From Nemertoderma westbladi (lineage: Eukaryota > Animalia > Xenacoelomorpha): a DNA stretch of 64,000 bases. Below are positions 35,415 through 47,969 of the stretch, in pieces. The notes under the pieces were generated by a model. It ran no database searches, was not told where the DNA came from, and worked only from the letters and a program-made list of their open reading frames with translations. The first letter of the stretch is position 1. Each line of letters begins with the position of its first letter. The translations under genes were made by a program, and so were the position numbers. The stretch lies in the NCBI GenBank assembly GCA_032718475.1, contig JAUCBJ010009117.1, positions 1 through 64,000 of the forward strand. Reading direction: 5' to 3'.

Positions 35415-38343
35415 TGGTGGGATTGGGGACCGAGAGCAACCTGTGCGTTACATAAACACAAAATGTAAGTGGTGGGATTGGGGACCGAGAGCAACCTGTG
35501 CGTTACATAAACACTAAATGTAAGTGGTGGGATTGGGGACCGAGAGCAACCTGTGCGTTACATAAACACTAAATGTAAGTGGTGGGATTGGGGACCGAGA
35601 GCAACCTGTGCGTTACATAAACACAAAATGTAAGTGGTGGGATTGGGGACCGAGAGCAACCTGTGCGTTACATAAACACAAAATGTAAGTGGTGGGATTG
35701 GGGACCGAGAGCAACCTGTGCGTTACATAAACACTAAATGTAAGTGGTGGGATTGGGGACCGAGAGCAACCTGTGCGTTACATAAACACAAAATGTAAGT
35801 GGTGGGATTGGGGACCGAGAGCAACCTGTGCGTTACATAAACACTAAATGTAAGTGGTGGGATTGGGGACCGAGAGCAACCTGTGCGTTACATAAACACA
35901 AAATGTAAGTGGTGGGATTGGGGACCGAGAGCAACCTGTGCGTTACATAAACACTAAATGTAAGTGGTGGGATTGGGGACCGAGAGCAACCTGTGCGTTA
36001 CATAAACACAAAATGTAAGTGGTGGGATTGGGGACCGAGAGCAACCTGTGCGTTACATAAACACAAAATGTAAGTGGTGGGATTGGGGACCGAGAGCAAC
36101 CTGTGCGTTACATAAACACAAAATGTAAGTGGTGGGATTGGGGACCGAGAGCAACCTGTGCGTTACATAAACACAAAATGTAAGTGGTGGGATTGGGGAC
36201 CGAGAGCAACCTGTGCGTTACATAAACACTAAATGTAAGTGGTGGGATTGGGGACCGAGAGCAACCTGTGCGTTACATAAACACAAAATGTAAGTGGTGG
36301 GATTGGGGACCGAGAGCAACCTGTGCGTTACATAAACACAAAATGTAAGTGGTGGGATTGGGGACCGAGAGCAACCTGTGCGTTACATAAACACAAAATG
36401 TAAGTGGTGGGATTGGGGACCGAGAGCAACCTGTGCGTTACATAAACACTAAATGTAAGTGGTGGGATTGGGGACCGAGAGCAACCTGTGCGTTACATAA
36501 ACACAAAATGTAAGTGGTGGGATTGGGGACCGAGAGCAACCTGTGCGTTACATAAACACTAAATGTAAGTGGTGGGATTGGGGACCGAGAGCAACCTGTG
36601 CGTTACATAAACACAAAATGTAAGTGGTGGGATTGGGGACCGAGAGCAACCTGTGCGTTACATAAACACAAAATGTAAGTGGTGGGATTGGGGACCGAGA
36701 GCAACCTGTGCGTTACATAAACACAAAATGTAAGTGGTGGGATTGGGGACCGAGAGCAACCTGTGCGTTACATAAACACAAAATGTAAGTGGTGGGATTG
36801 GGGACCGAGAGCAACCTGTGCGTTACATAAACACAAAATGTAAGTGGTGGGATTGGGGACCGAGAGCAACCTGTGCGTTACATAAACACAAAATGTAAGT
36901 GGTGGGATTGGGGACCGAGAGCAACCTGTGCGTTACATAAACACAAAATGTAAGTGGTGGGATTGGGGACCGAGAGCAACCTGTGCGTTACATAAACACA
37001 AAATGTAAGTGGTGGGATTGGGGACCGAGAGCAACCTGTGCGTTACATAAACACAAAATGTAAGTGGTGGGATTGGGGACCGAGAGCAACCTGTGCGTTA
37101 CATAAACACAAAATGTAAGTGGTGGGATTGGGGACCGAGAGCAACCTGTGCGTTACATAAACACAAAATGTAAGTGGTGGGATTGGGGACCGAGAGCAAC
37201 CTGTGCGTTACATAAACACAAAATGTAAGTGGTGGGATTGGGGACCGAGAGCAACCTGTGCGTTACATAAACACAAAATGTAAGTGGTGGGATTGGGGAC
37301 CGAGAGCAACCTGTGCGTTACATAAACACAAAATGTAAGTGGTGGGATTGGGGACCGAGAGCAACCTGTGCGTTACATAAACACTAAATGTAAGTGGTGG
37401 GATTGGGGACCGAGAGCAACCTGTGCGTTACATAAACACAAAATGTAAGTGGTGGGATTGGGGACCGAGAGCAACCTGTGCGTTACATAAACACTAAATG
37501 TAAGTGGTGGGATTGGGGACCGAGAGCAACCTGTGCGTTACATAAACACTAAATGTAAGTGGTGGGATTGGGGACCGAGAGCAACCTGTGCGTTACATAA
37601 ACACAAAATGTAAGTGGTGGGATTGGGGACCGAGAGCAACCTGTGCGTTACATAAACACAAAATGTAAGTGGTGGGATTGGGGACCGAGAGCAACCTGTG
37701 CGTTACATAAACACTAAATGTAAGTGGTGGGATTGGGGACCGAGAGCAACCTGTGCGTTACATAAACACAAAATGTAAGTGGTGGGATTGGGGACCGAGA
37801 GCAACCTGTGCGTTACATAAACACAAAATGTAAGTGGTGGGATTGGGGACCGAGAGCAACCTGTGCGTTACATAAACACAAAATGTAAGTGGTGGGATTG
37901 GGGACCGAGAGCAACCTGTGCGTTACATAAACACAAAATGTAAGTGGTGGGATTGGGGACCGAGAGCAACCTGTGCGTTACATAAACACAAAATGTAAGT
38001 GGTGGGATTGGGGACCGAGAGCAACCTGTGCGTTACATAAACACAAAATGTAAGTGGTGGGATTGGGGACCGAGAGCAACCTGTGCGTTACATAAACACT
38101 AAATGTAAGTGGTGGGATTGGGGACCGAGAGCAACCTGTGCGTTACATAAACACAAAATGTAAGTGGTGGGATTGGGGACCGAGAGCAACCTGTGCGTTA
38201 CATAAACACAAAATGTAAGTGGTGGGATTGGGGACCGAGAGCAACCTGTGCGTTACATAAACACTAAATGTAAGTGGTGGGATTGGGGACCGAGAGCAAC
38301 CTGTGCGTTACATAAACACAAAATGTAAGTGGTGGGATTGGGG
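35415..38343. repeat. 55-bp tandem satellite, block 2 (about 53 units)
   Basis: Same unit, orientation and phase as block 1; ends exactly on a unit boundary (...GATTGGGG). Confidence 0.98.
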
Positions 38344-38712
38344 TCGTAGAAGGCTTTGCGTCACCGGTGTTACAAAACTACAGCACTGTCCAATGTGCAG
38401 TGAACTCTTGGTGACGATTTGGAAACCCTTAGCCAGTTAGCAACACGGTCTGGTAATAAATTTTACTATCTGCTAATGCTGTAATGTTTTTAATTCGTTT
38501 GTAACTCTACATGAACTCGTTTGTTTGTTTGTACCCTTTCTTTGTATTATTTCAATTGGGTATACCTCTAATAATAATGTTTCAATTTTTGTACAATTCT
38601 GTACGTTCCGTAAAACCGTTGCCTATTGCAGATCACACACATCCCACTATCCTCCAAATCTTATGGTATGTATGTACTCAAACTCAGTCGACCCAACTAC
38701 CACTGCACTGAC

Positions 38713-38766
38713 CTTTATTATAACTTTGTTGCTCATATCAATATCACCGAAGACGTTTTTGGCCAT
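38713..38766 (-). CDS. TFG: TFG first coding exon
   Basis: ATG...MAKNVFGDIDMSNKVIIK|gtcagt; compare human MNGQLDLSGKLIIK; phase-0 join to VALGDDIRR. Confidence 0.85.
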
Positions 38767-39428
38767 AATCCAGTAATCAGATGATGCAATATATACAATC
38801 AAGGACTTGATACAATACAGCAATGGTGAAAGTATTCATTAACATTAAATGGCAGTGCGAGAACGTATGTTCGTTTGCACAGTTTGTGCAGTTGTGGTGG
38901 TCAGAAATCTCGGGCTGTCGGGGTCACCGAACTACCGAAGCTGCGAAGGGAAGGTATCGGTACTACTGTGTAGGCCTACTTCTCAGCTCTGCAGACTGCA
39001 GCTTGTGTACTGCTGTACTGTACTATGTTAAGGAAGTATTTGGCGTGGAAAACTATCTGAGTGTCATTATTATTATTATTATTATTATTACACCCATAGT
39101 CAAAAATTGCACATATGAAATTTATTTCAAATAAAATAGATCATTAGATAAAAATATATACAGTAAGTAGTGGGGGAGGAGACTAACCAGGCCCGTGCAC
39201 TTACGGTTAGCCATTCCATTATTTAAGTTAATTAATTTGTATACTAATCGTTATAAGTACATGTAAAAGTAACTAAAAAGTATTAAATAATTAAACGTTT
39301 CCCTGATAAAAATATTTTTCTAAAAAATATTGTTAAAGATATTTTTCTACTGCCCGTACTGAAATTGATATATTAACAATAAATAGTATTATATAATAAC
39401 ATGAGTTATGCCAAAAATAATCAAATTA

Positions 39429-39790
39429 TTATAAAAATCTGTTAAAACTGCAGTATTTTAAAAGGTCTACATCCCGTGCTAAAATATTACTAAAAATATT
39501 AATGTTTGGGGCTGATGCAGCATTAGAAGGTAGGTCGTTCCACATACTAACTATCCTATTACAAAAATATTTCTGACAAATTTGTAGGCGGCAAAAATTG
39601 TGTTGCAATTTAGATTGGTGACCTCTAAGACCCCTTCGTGAAGCAAAGCTAAAAAAATCATCAAAATTCATTTGCACTGCACCGGTGATTATAGAGTAAA
39701 CCTGTTTTAAATCAAACACATGACGTCTAACTTCGAGTGGTTGTAAGTTTAAGTACTCAAGTCTATCTAAATAAGGCACTGTCCTGAGTC
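39429..39790 (-). pseudogene. CR1-clade LINE 3' fragment
   Basis: YLDRLEYLNLQPLEVRR..DL..VY.I; RGLRGHQSKL; FCNRIVSMWNDLP. Confidence 0.85.
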
Positions 39791-41129
39791 TGTGAGTGAC
39801 TGAGTGGGCACCCGTCATTAAGGATAGTTGTAGCGAAGTTCTTGTGTTCGGCGCATAGACCTGTAGACTACTGGACTAATGATAGTGATAGAGTACCGGT
39901 ACCATAGGCAGAGGCCTATGTGCCTATTGCATTATTGATTAAAAACGAAAATATTCATTCTGTCTGACTGATGCACTAAGACTGTAAGAAGTAGGCCTTG
40001 TCCTGTCAGCCTGTTGTCTCTGCTTGTTAGTTCTGTAGTTCAGTAGGTAGTGATAGTGAGTGAGTCTGTAAAGCTGTAAACAGGTAAAGGTACGGTCTGA
40101 CGGTAGTTAGTTAGATACAATTATCTAGAATATAAATATGCTATTAGCTAAGGCCTATTCCTGTATTCTGTCTGTCTGTAGGCCTATTCTAGTCCAGTAC
40201 TCCGACAGTCCGGGAGATGACGTGGTGTTGGTGTAGGGCTGTACTGCTGTAGCCTGTAGGGCTGTAGGGTAGGGTAGGCCGTAGGGCCTACCTTTATAAA
40301 CTTTGTAAACGTTTTTCTAGACAAGTAAGTATTCTTGGGTTTGACTTTTCGGCGTAGGTGTAGTCTACGCGTAGCCTACGCGTAGGCTACGCGTATGTGA
40401 TCGAATGCAGTTTCGCGTAGGTAAATTTTTCGCGCAGGTCAGTAGGTAACCAATGAATGAATCGAACTAGAGCTTTAAGAAAAGAGAGGTAAATTCAAAT
40501 AAGCTCAATCCTATAAACGATATAAAGTTGTTTGGCAGTTTGGTGTATTATGATAGTGCAGGACAGACTAACTGAGATAGGCCTATACTAACAAAAGCAA
40601 CCTTTGTGCGTTGTGTTCCACATACACAGGGACAGACCAGATTAGGCCTCCACGGTATGTATTGTATATATATACTGATATATATATTTATTGATTATGT
40701 CATGTACCGGTACGGTCAGACGGTACTCAGGTACTGTATATAGTACCGGTATAAAGCAAATAATGTTTATTGTGACTCGTTAATACTGCGTGCGTCAGTG
40801 TATCACGTATTAGAGTAGTTTAGGTACGTACTCCATACTCAGCTAAGCATGCTCAGTAATACAGCAGAATACATTGAGTCGTAAGTCTACTACGGTAGAC
40901 TTTGGACGATTCTACCTAAAACATTCACATATGCATTCACGTATGCCGTTCAAGGTAAAATAAGTCGGAATCTTTCAAAGTATATTATAATACCTGTACA
41001 ACGCAGTGTATTCCAATTCCATTGCAATATTGTCGGAATTCTGATTTGCTCTTTTTAGCTCGTCTATGTCATTAGTTTATCGTTATTTATTTAAGATTTT
41101 ATAGGATGGATCCAGTGAAATTAATTGGT

Positions 41130-41789
41130 GGTAACCGAGTTCGGAGGGTAACTTACATTGGTCCTTCTACCTCAAGGGGTCTTCGGTAACCGAGTTTGGA
41201 GGGTAACTTACTTGGTCCTTCTACCTCAAGGGGTCTTCGGTAACCGAGTTCGGAGGGTAACTTACATTGGTCCTTCTACCTCAAGGGGTCTTCGGTAACC
41301 GAGTTCGGAGGGTAACTTACATTGGTCCTTCTACCTCAAGGGGTCTTCGGTAACCGAGTTCGGAGGGTAACTTACATTGGTCCTTCTACCTCAAGGGGTC
41401 TTCGGTAACCGAGTTCGGAGGGTAACTTACATTGGTCCTTCTACCTCAAGGGGTCTTCGGTAACCGAGTTCGGAGGGTAACTTACATTGGTCCTTCTACC
41501 TCAAGGGGTCTTCGGTAACCGAGTTCGGAGGGTAACTTACATTGGTCCTTCTACCTCAAGGGGTCTTCGGTAACCGATTTCGGAGGGTAACTTACATTGG
41601 TCCTTCTACCTCAAGGGGTCTTCGGTAACCGAGTTCGGAGGGTAACTTACATTGGTCCTTCTACCTCAAGGGGTCTTCGGTAACCGAGTTCGGAGGGTAA
41701 CTTACATTGGTCCTTCTACCTCAAGGGGTCTTCGGTAACCGAGTTCGGAGGGTAACTTACATTGGTCCTTCTACCTCAAGGGGTCTTCG
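41130..41789. repeat. 55-bp minisatellite (12 copies) inside the transposase exon
   Basis: Unit GGTAACCGAGTTCGGAGGGTAACTTACATTGGTCCTTCTACCTCAAGGGGTCTTC. Confidence 0.95.
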
Positions 41790-43211
41790 TCAAATAGTTA
41801 TGCATTGTTAAAATCGGAATCCAGTTCATTATCTCTCAGTGTACTTCAATCCATCAACATACAAGCTTGAGGATGATGATTCTACCGATGATTCTACTGA
41901 TATGCAACTGTAATTATATAATATATTATATTAATATCTATTTATTATTATATTATTGAATAATAGTAAATATTTAATTACTTTATAATAATATTATTTT
42001 TGTTATTTTTCAGGGAAAAGATTCGACGACGCCATGTGTTATGTTCTGATGTGTTGGACGTAGTTGAGGAAACTATTTCGCAGAACTTAAGCTTTAACAT
42101 AAAGCCTAAATTGTTGGCATCCGATATCAATAAGACTCATAATACTGATATGTTACAAACATCGCGTTTGGAGGACAATGTTTCGGCGAAACATGTTAGC
42201 AACGCTAAGGCTCGTTTTAAAAAGAACATGGACCCCCATACCAATGTAATGTTACTTAAGGCTTCAGAGTCCGAAGATGAAACCCTGTTTATCCGGGAAT
42301 GCGTGTACAAAGACATTGGGTTCCTATACCAACTTTATACCGATCGTCAAGTTCAAGAGGCCGTAATATTTTGCTCTGGACCGGGGGCCTTTGCTTTGGG
42401 AGTGGACGCAGTATTCAACATCTCTCAGCAGTGTTGCGGTTTCTTCACAACATACCGCGCATTGGTTTTTGAAGGTAATCCTGTGTTATTAGGACCTGGT
42501 GGATTGATACCGAAAAAGGTCGAGGATTGTTATCGCCATGTTTTGATGCCGTTGTGAAATACAAGTCTTTCCAGAGACCTAACTTAATGCTCTTCCGATG
42601 GCGAGACGGCAATAATAAATGCCGTATCACAATTATTTCCCTATTGCGTTCAAATTCGGGGCCTTGAACACCTTGAAAATATTTCACAGAAAGCTCGAAA
42701 ATGTGGTGTTACTAAAACAGGATATTAATAAGTTGGTATTATCAGATGCTATCAGTGATGAATTTAATGTGATGATTGATAGGTACTTGTGTGATGGAAT
42801 AGACGTTAGAGTGTGTCAGTACTTGATGGAACTGTTTCCAATTTTTAGAGAATTGCAATATTGGGATACTAAGAAACCGTGATAGACGGATCCTCTATAA
42901 TCAAGCAGTGAAATCAATGAATAAAGTTATTAAGGATTTCTCCAATAAGCTGCAAGTTGATGACGCTATAGTTCGTATTAAGGATGTCGTTCGTGCGCAA
43001 CATGATGAAGTCGTGAAAGACTTTCTAGGCGTTGGTAAATTCAAGCTTAAAAACCAATTTAAGCACCTGGGAATTTCGCAAGCAGATTACTTCTCGCTGA
43101 GTGTTTCAGAAAGGATGTGGTGGTACAAGAACCATTTAGAAAAGATCCATAAAGAGCTTCTGAGTGACTTGTTTACTCTACAAGGATTTATACAGGATGG
43201 GGATGTAATTG

Positions 43212-43588
43212 TGTGTGATGCAGCTGGAGGCTTAAGTCAGCGTGAGGCAGCTGGTGGTTTAAGTCAGTGTGATGCAGCTGGAGGCTTAAGTCAGCGTGAG
43301 GCAGCTGGTGGTTTAAGTCAGTAGTGTGATGCAGCTGGTGGTTAAGTCAGTGTGATGCAGCTGGAGGCTTAAGTCAGTGTGAGGCAGCTGGAGGTTAAAG
43401 TCAGTGTGATGCAGCTGGAGGCTTAAGTCAGCGTGAGGCAGCTGGAGGCTTAAGTCAGCGTGAGGCAGCTGGTGGTTTAAGTCAGTGTGATGCAGCTGGA
43501 GGCTTAAGTCAGCGTGAGGCAGCTGGTGGTTTAAGTCAGTGTGATGCAGCTGGAAGCTTAAGTCAGCGTGATGCAGCTGGTGGTTTAA
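43212..43588. repeat. 27-bp minisatellite (about 14 copies)
   Basis: GTGATGCAGCTGGAGGCTTAAGTCAGY, read as (C/R)(D/E)AAGGLSQ. Confidence 0.9.
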
Positions 43589-43711
43589 GTGATATAAGTG
43601 GGTGTGAGGCAGAAGTTATAGAATGTTATGTAATTGATGACACCGCTACATTGAGTGGGCCATATAGTGAAGTGGGGCTTGGCCTTGGATTGTATGAGAA
43701 AAGTAAAGATA

Positions 43712-45009
43712 ATAGCGGAACAGCCGTTGGAACGAGTGGGATACATAGCGGAACAGCCGTTGGAACGAGTGGGATACATAGCGGAACAGCCGTTGGAACG
43801 AGTGGGATACATAGCGGAACAGCCGTTGGAACGAGTGGGATACATAGCGGAACAGCCGTTGGAACGAGTGGGATACATAGCGGAACAGCCGTTGGAACGA
43901 GTGGGATACATAGCGGAACAGCCGTTGGAACGAGTGGGATACATAGCGGAACAGCCGTTGGAACGAGTGGGATACATAGCGCAACAGCCGTTGGAACGAG
44001 TGGGATACATAGAGGAACATCCGTTGGAACGAGTGGGATACATAGCGCAACAGCCGTTGGAACGAGTGGGATACATAGCGGAACAACCGTTGGAACGAGT
44101 GGGATACATAGCGGAACAGCCGTTGGAACGAGTGGGATACATAGCGGAACAGCCGTTGGAACGAGTGGGATACATAGCGGAACAGCCGTTGGAACGAGTG
44201 GGATACATAGCGGAACAGCCGTTGGAACAAGTGGGATACATAGCGGAACAGCCGTTGGAACAAGTGGGATACATAGCGGAACAGCCGTTGGAACGAGTGG
44301 GATACATAGCGGAACAGCCGTTGGAACGAGTGGGATACATAGCGGAACAGCCGTTGGAACGAGTGGGATACATAGCGGAACAGCCGTTGGAACGAGTGGG
44401 ATACATAGCGGAACAGCCGTTGGAACGAGTGGGATACATAGCGGAACAGCCGTTGGAACGAGTGGGATACATAGCGGAACAGCCGTTGGAACGAGTGGGA
44501 TACATAGCGGAACAGCCGTTGGAACGAGTGGGATACATAGCGGAACAGCCGTTGGAACGAGTGGGATACATAGCGGAACAGCCGTTGGAACGAGTGGGAT
44601 ACATAGCGGAACAGCCGTTGGAACGAGTGGGATACATAGCGGAACAGCCGTTGGAACGAGTGGGATACATAGCGGAACAGCCGTTGGAACGAGTGGGATA
44701 CATAGCGGAACAGCCGTTGGAACGAGTGGGATACATAGCGGAACAGCCGTGGGAACGAGTGGGATACATAGCGGAACAGCCGTTGGAACGAGTGGGATAC
44801 ATAGCGGAACAGCCGTTGGAACGAGTGGGATACATAGCGGAACAGCCGTTGGAACGAGTGGGATACATAGCGGAACAGCCGTTGGAACGAGTGGGATACA
44901 TAGCGGAACAGCCGTTGGAACGAGTGGGATACATAGCGGAACAGCCGTTGGAACGAGTGGGATACATAGCGGAACAGCCGTTGGAACGAGTGGGATACAT
45001 AGCGGAACA
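43712..45009. repeat. 33-bp in-frame minisatellite (about 39 copies, SGTAVGTSGIH)
   Basis: AGCGGAACAGCCGTTGGAACGAGTGGGATACAT; in frame with the downstream SWIM domain. Confidence 0.95.
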
Positions 45010-45801
45010 TCGCTGGGACCGATTGAACAGGGTGAACTTATAACTTTATTTTTTGAGGAATTAGTAAGCCGATTAGAATTAACGCGGGCTGTTGCCAATG
45101 TTATTATTCGTGAAGGTAAACGTCTTTTGGACGATGGCATGGTGTTGGCAGAGACGGGCAGGGACGTAGCAATCAGGTCTCGCACTATTAACAAGATATA
45201 CCTTGTACAACGTGCTGCATCAAAGTTTGGCGTTAAATTCGTATGCGAATGTACGGGATTTAAGGGAAACCGAGTATGCTCACACGTTCTCGCGGCTGGT
45301 CTATTCACAAACAATATACAGGGGATGGTGAAAGAATTGTCGAAATCAAAGAATATAAAAAAAGGGAGCATTTCAAATGTCGCCATAGCAACATCGGGAC
45401 CAGGTGCTGGTAAGAAACCAGGTGCCACAAGTAGGAGGAGAGGTGGAAGAGCACCATTGGTCGAAATGAATCCCCCAGCCAATGGAGAATGTACATTTAT
45501 AGTTCGACCAGAATCATCACGCGGACATCAACAAACGCAAAGAAGTGTGCGTCTTGTGAAATCCAATTTAAGACGGAGAGGGTACTTGTAAAATTTTGGG
45601 GAGAATCTAGTTTTTATCTCAATGGGCTAGCGAATACGAAACCTGCATTTAAATATGCCCATTTCAACAATCTTTGTATCCAGCGCTGCTACGAAGGAAG
45701 GGATAAGAAATATGTTACAATATCAGAATCAACCAAGGAGCTAATAACTAGTGTGGATGTGATGGCTCTACGAGATATAGGTGTTTTAGTAGAAGAGTGA
45801 A

Positions 45802-46447
45802 ATGTTATTCTAGAACGTATCAGTCAAACTATTAGTGGATGTTTATTCTAGAACGTATCAGTCAAACTATTAGTGGATGTTTATTCTAGAACGTATCGGT
45901 CAAACTATTAGTGGATGTTTATTCTAGAACGTATTAGTCAAACTATTAGTGGATGTTTATTCTAGAACGTATTAGTCAAACTATTAGTGGATGTTTATTC
46001 TAGAGCGTATTAGTCAAACTATTAGTGGATGTTTATTCTAGAACGTATCAGTCAAACTATTAGTGGATGTTTATTCTAGAACGTATCAGTCAAACTATTA
46101 GTGGATGTTTATTCTAGAACGTATCAGTCAAACTATTAGTGGATGTTTATTCTAGAACGTATCGGTCAAACTATTAGTGGATGTTTATTCTAGAACGCAT
46201 TAGTCAAACTATTAGTGGATGTTTATTCTAGAACGTATCAGTCAAACTATTAGTGGATGTTTATTCTAGAACGTATCAGTCAAACTATTAGTGGATGTTT
46301 ATTCTAGAACGTATCGGTCAAACTATTAGTGGATGTTTATTCTAGAACGTATCGGTCAAACTATTAGTGGATGTTTATTCTAGAATGTATCAGTCAAACT
46401 ATTATTGGATGTTTATTCTAGAACGTATTAGTCAAACTATTAGTGGA
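45802..46447. repeat. 38-bp minisatellite (about 17 copies) right after the transposase stop
   Basis: ATGTTTATTCTAGAACGTATCAGTCAAACTATTAGTGG. Confidence 0.95.
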
Positions 46448-46939
46448 CTAGTATTGCATATTAAATAACGTGTAAGATATTTTCACTATGCTCTCGATTC
46501 TTTATTAACCTCACTCTGCGCTCGGTAAATAAAATACCGAGTATAGTACAGTAGCCAAAATAATATTCTACATTATTTTAGCATGCAATAAATAATTATT
46601 ACTTTTACCGCATTGCAAAGGCTAATGATACTAAATATGAAAATACTGTAGCTAGGTAATCGAATCCCCCCACATATTAGTTGGCAAGGGTAATCCAATA
46701 TGCATCACGATCGATGTGAGTACTAAATCACTAAATCAGTGACTTTAATTTTTAGCGTTTTTACCGTATGTTTGACTTGAATTTTACTTATTTTATTTTA
46801 GAACAGCACTCATGTTCAGTTCACGGTGATAATAACTCTACAGTATATCCATTTTATATAACAGTGTGTCAATTTTATAATTTTTACCGTATATATGTAT
46901 AACTTTAATTTTATTTCTTTGTTACCGTTACCATGTGTT

Positions 46940-47042
46940 ACTGTAAGGAGTAGCGCCAAGAACAATGCGTATTGGCGCTATAAAAATACTTTTAATAATA
47001 ATAATAATAATTAATAATAATAATTAATAATAATAATAATAA
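46940..47042 (+). repeat. L2/CR1-type 3' end with (TAA)n tail
   Basis: AGCGCCAA...TTGGCGCTATAAAAAT stem-loop followed by a TAA microsatellite. Confidence 0.55.
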
Positions 47043-47804
47043 GTTTGCTAAATGTTTCCTAAGATTTATTTTCTTAACCGTGGAGAAAAACCTGCGCTGT
47101 GTTTCGATTTTTTTATTCGCTGGTGTATTTGATTTTTTAGCATCGCCAACCTTAAGAAACCTTAACAAATTATACGTTTATTTTATTACATTTAGCATCT
47201 TTTCAGCTTACCGGTACTTTTAAAACCATTTTTAAGTTATTTCAACCATTTGAAGCAAAGATAGCTTGCTTTGAATGCAGCAAAGTCGGCCTTTAAGTTA
47301 AATGGTTACGCATAAACGTCACGTGTGTAATGATCACACAATCAGCTATATCTTAATATTAAATGGATTATATACTGTAGGCTGAAGTTATGTTTTTTTA
47401 GAAAAGCCATAGCAAAGGTTTGCTAAATAATCCCATTAATAAGAGTTACTGTATACGACGTGCCTTTACATCTAACAGCCTGTAAAATCTGTATTTCATG
47501 TGTGTAATTAATGTCATGTGTGTAATCCATTACACACATGTCACGTCACGTGTGTAATGGAAAATTTTTAGAATTACTTTCAGTCTGCAGTGTACTGTAT
47601 TACTGTAGTTTCAGTCTGCATTACAGTACTATTAGGCCACATCAGTACTGAATTTATGAACGCTGTAAGCTGGTAAGTGCGTAATAAATAAGGAGTGATC
47701 TCCTCTGAATAAGGAGGACTAACAGTTTATTTAAATAGCTGGAAATTTGTAAAGCTTATTTTAACCTTTGGTGACAATCTGGGGGGGAGGGGTCCATTTA
47801 CATT

Positions 47805-47967
47805 ACTACTACTACTGTAGGATAAGCACGCTTCATTGCAGGTGCATTTTAAGAATGCTGTGCCGGCTTGTCCACAAAATAACCCCACCACATCTCCCTA
47901 TCACCCACGACATTTGCTAGATCATCCGCATCTTCAGGGCCAGTGTCCTTTGAGATGCGTCTCTGCC
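47805..47967 (-). repeat. RTE 3'-terminal fragment, inverted
   Basis: Reverse complement matches the 3' end at 50100-50230 and 50530-50640; ends in a TAG-repeat tail. Confidence 0.7.
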
Positions 47968-47969
47968 TT

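Larger units (their letters stand above)
41105..45800 (+). pseudogene. Spliced Mutator (MULE)-type DDE transposase with SWIM zinc finger, degenerate
   Basis: Exon from 41105, phase-consistent intron 41910-42013; LYTDRQV..FC..LGVDAVFN..TTY..GNPVLLGP; SDGETAIINAVSQLFP (frameshifted); KSMNKVIK (E>K); GVGKFKL; SWIM CECTGFKGNRVCSH; C-terminal CASC...YAH..C. Several stops and frameshifts. Confidence 0.8.

Noticed and set aside
22432-38343. CRISPR array or telomeric repeat
   Set aside because: No unique spacers and no cas genes in a eukaryotic context; the unit derives from a gene's splice junction.
43585-45482. Long ORFs in four alternative frames
   Set aside because: By-products of a stop-poor 33-bp repeat; only the SGTAVGTSGIH frame connects to the SWIM domain.
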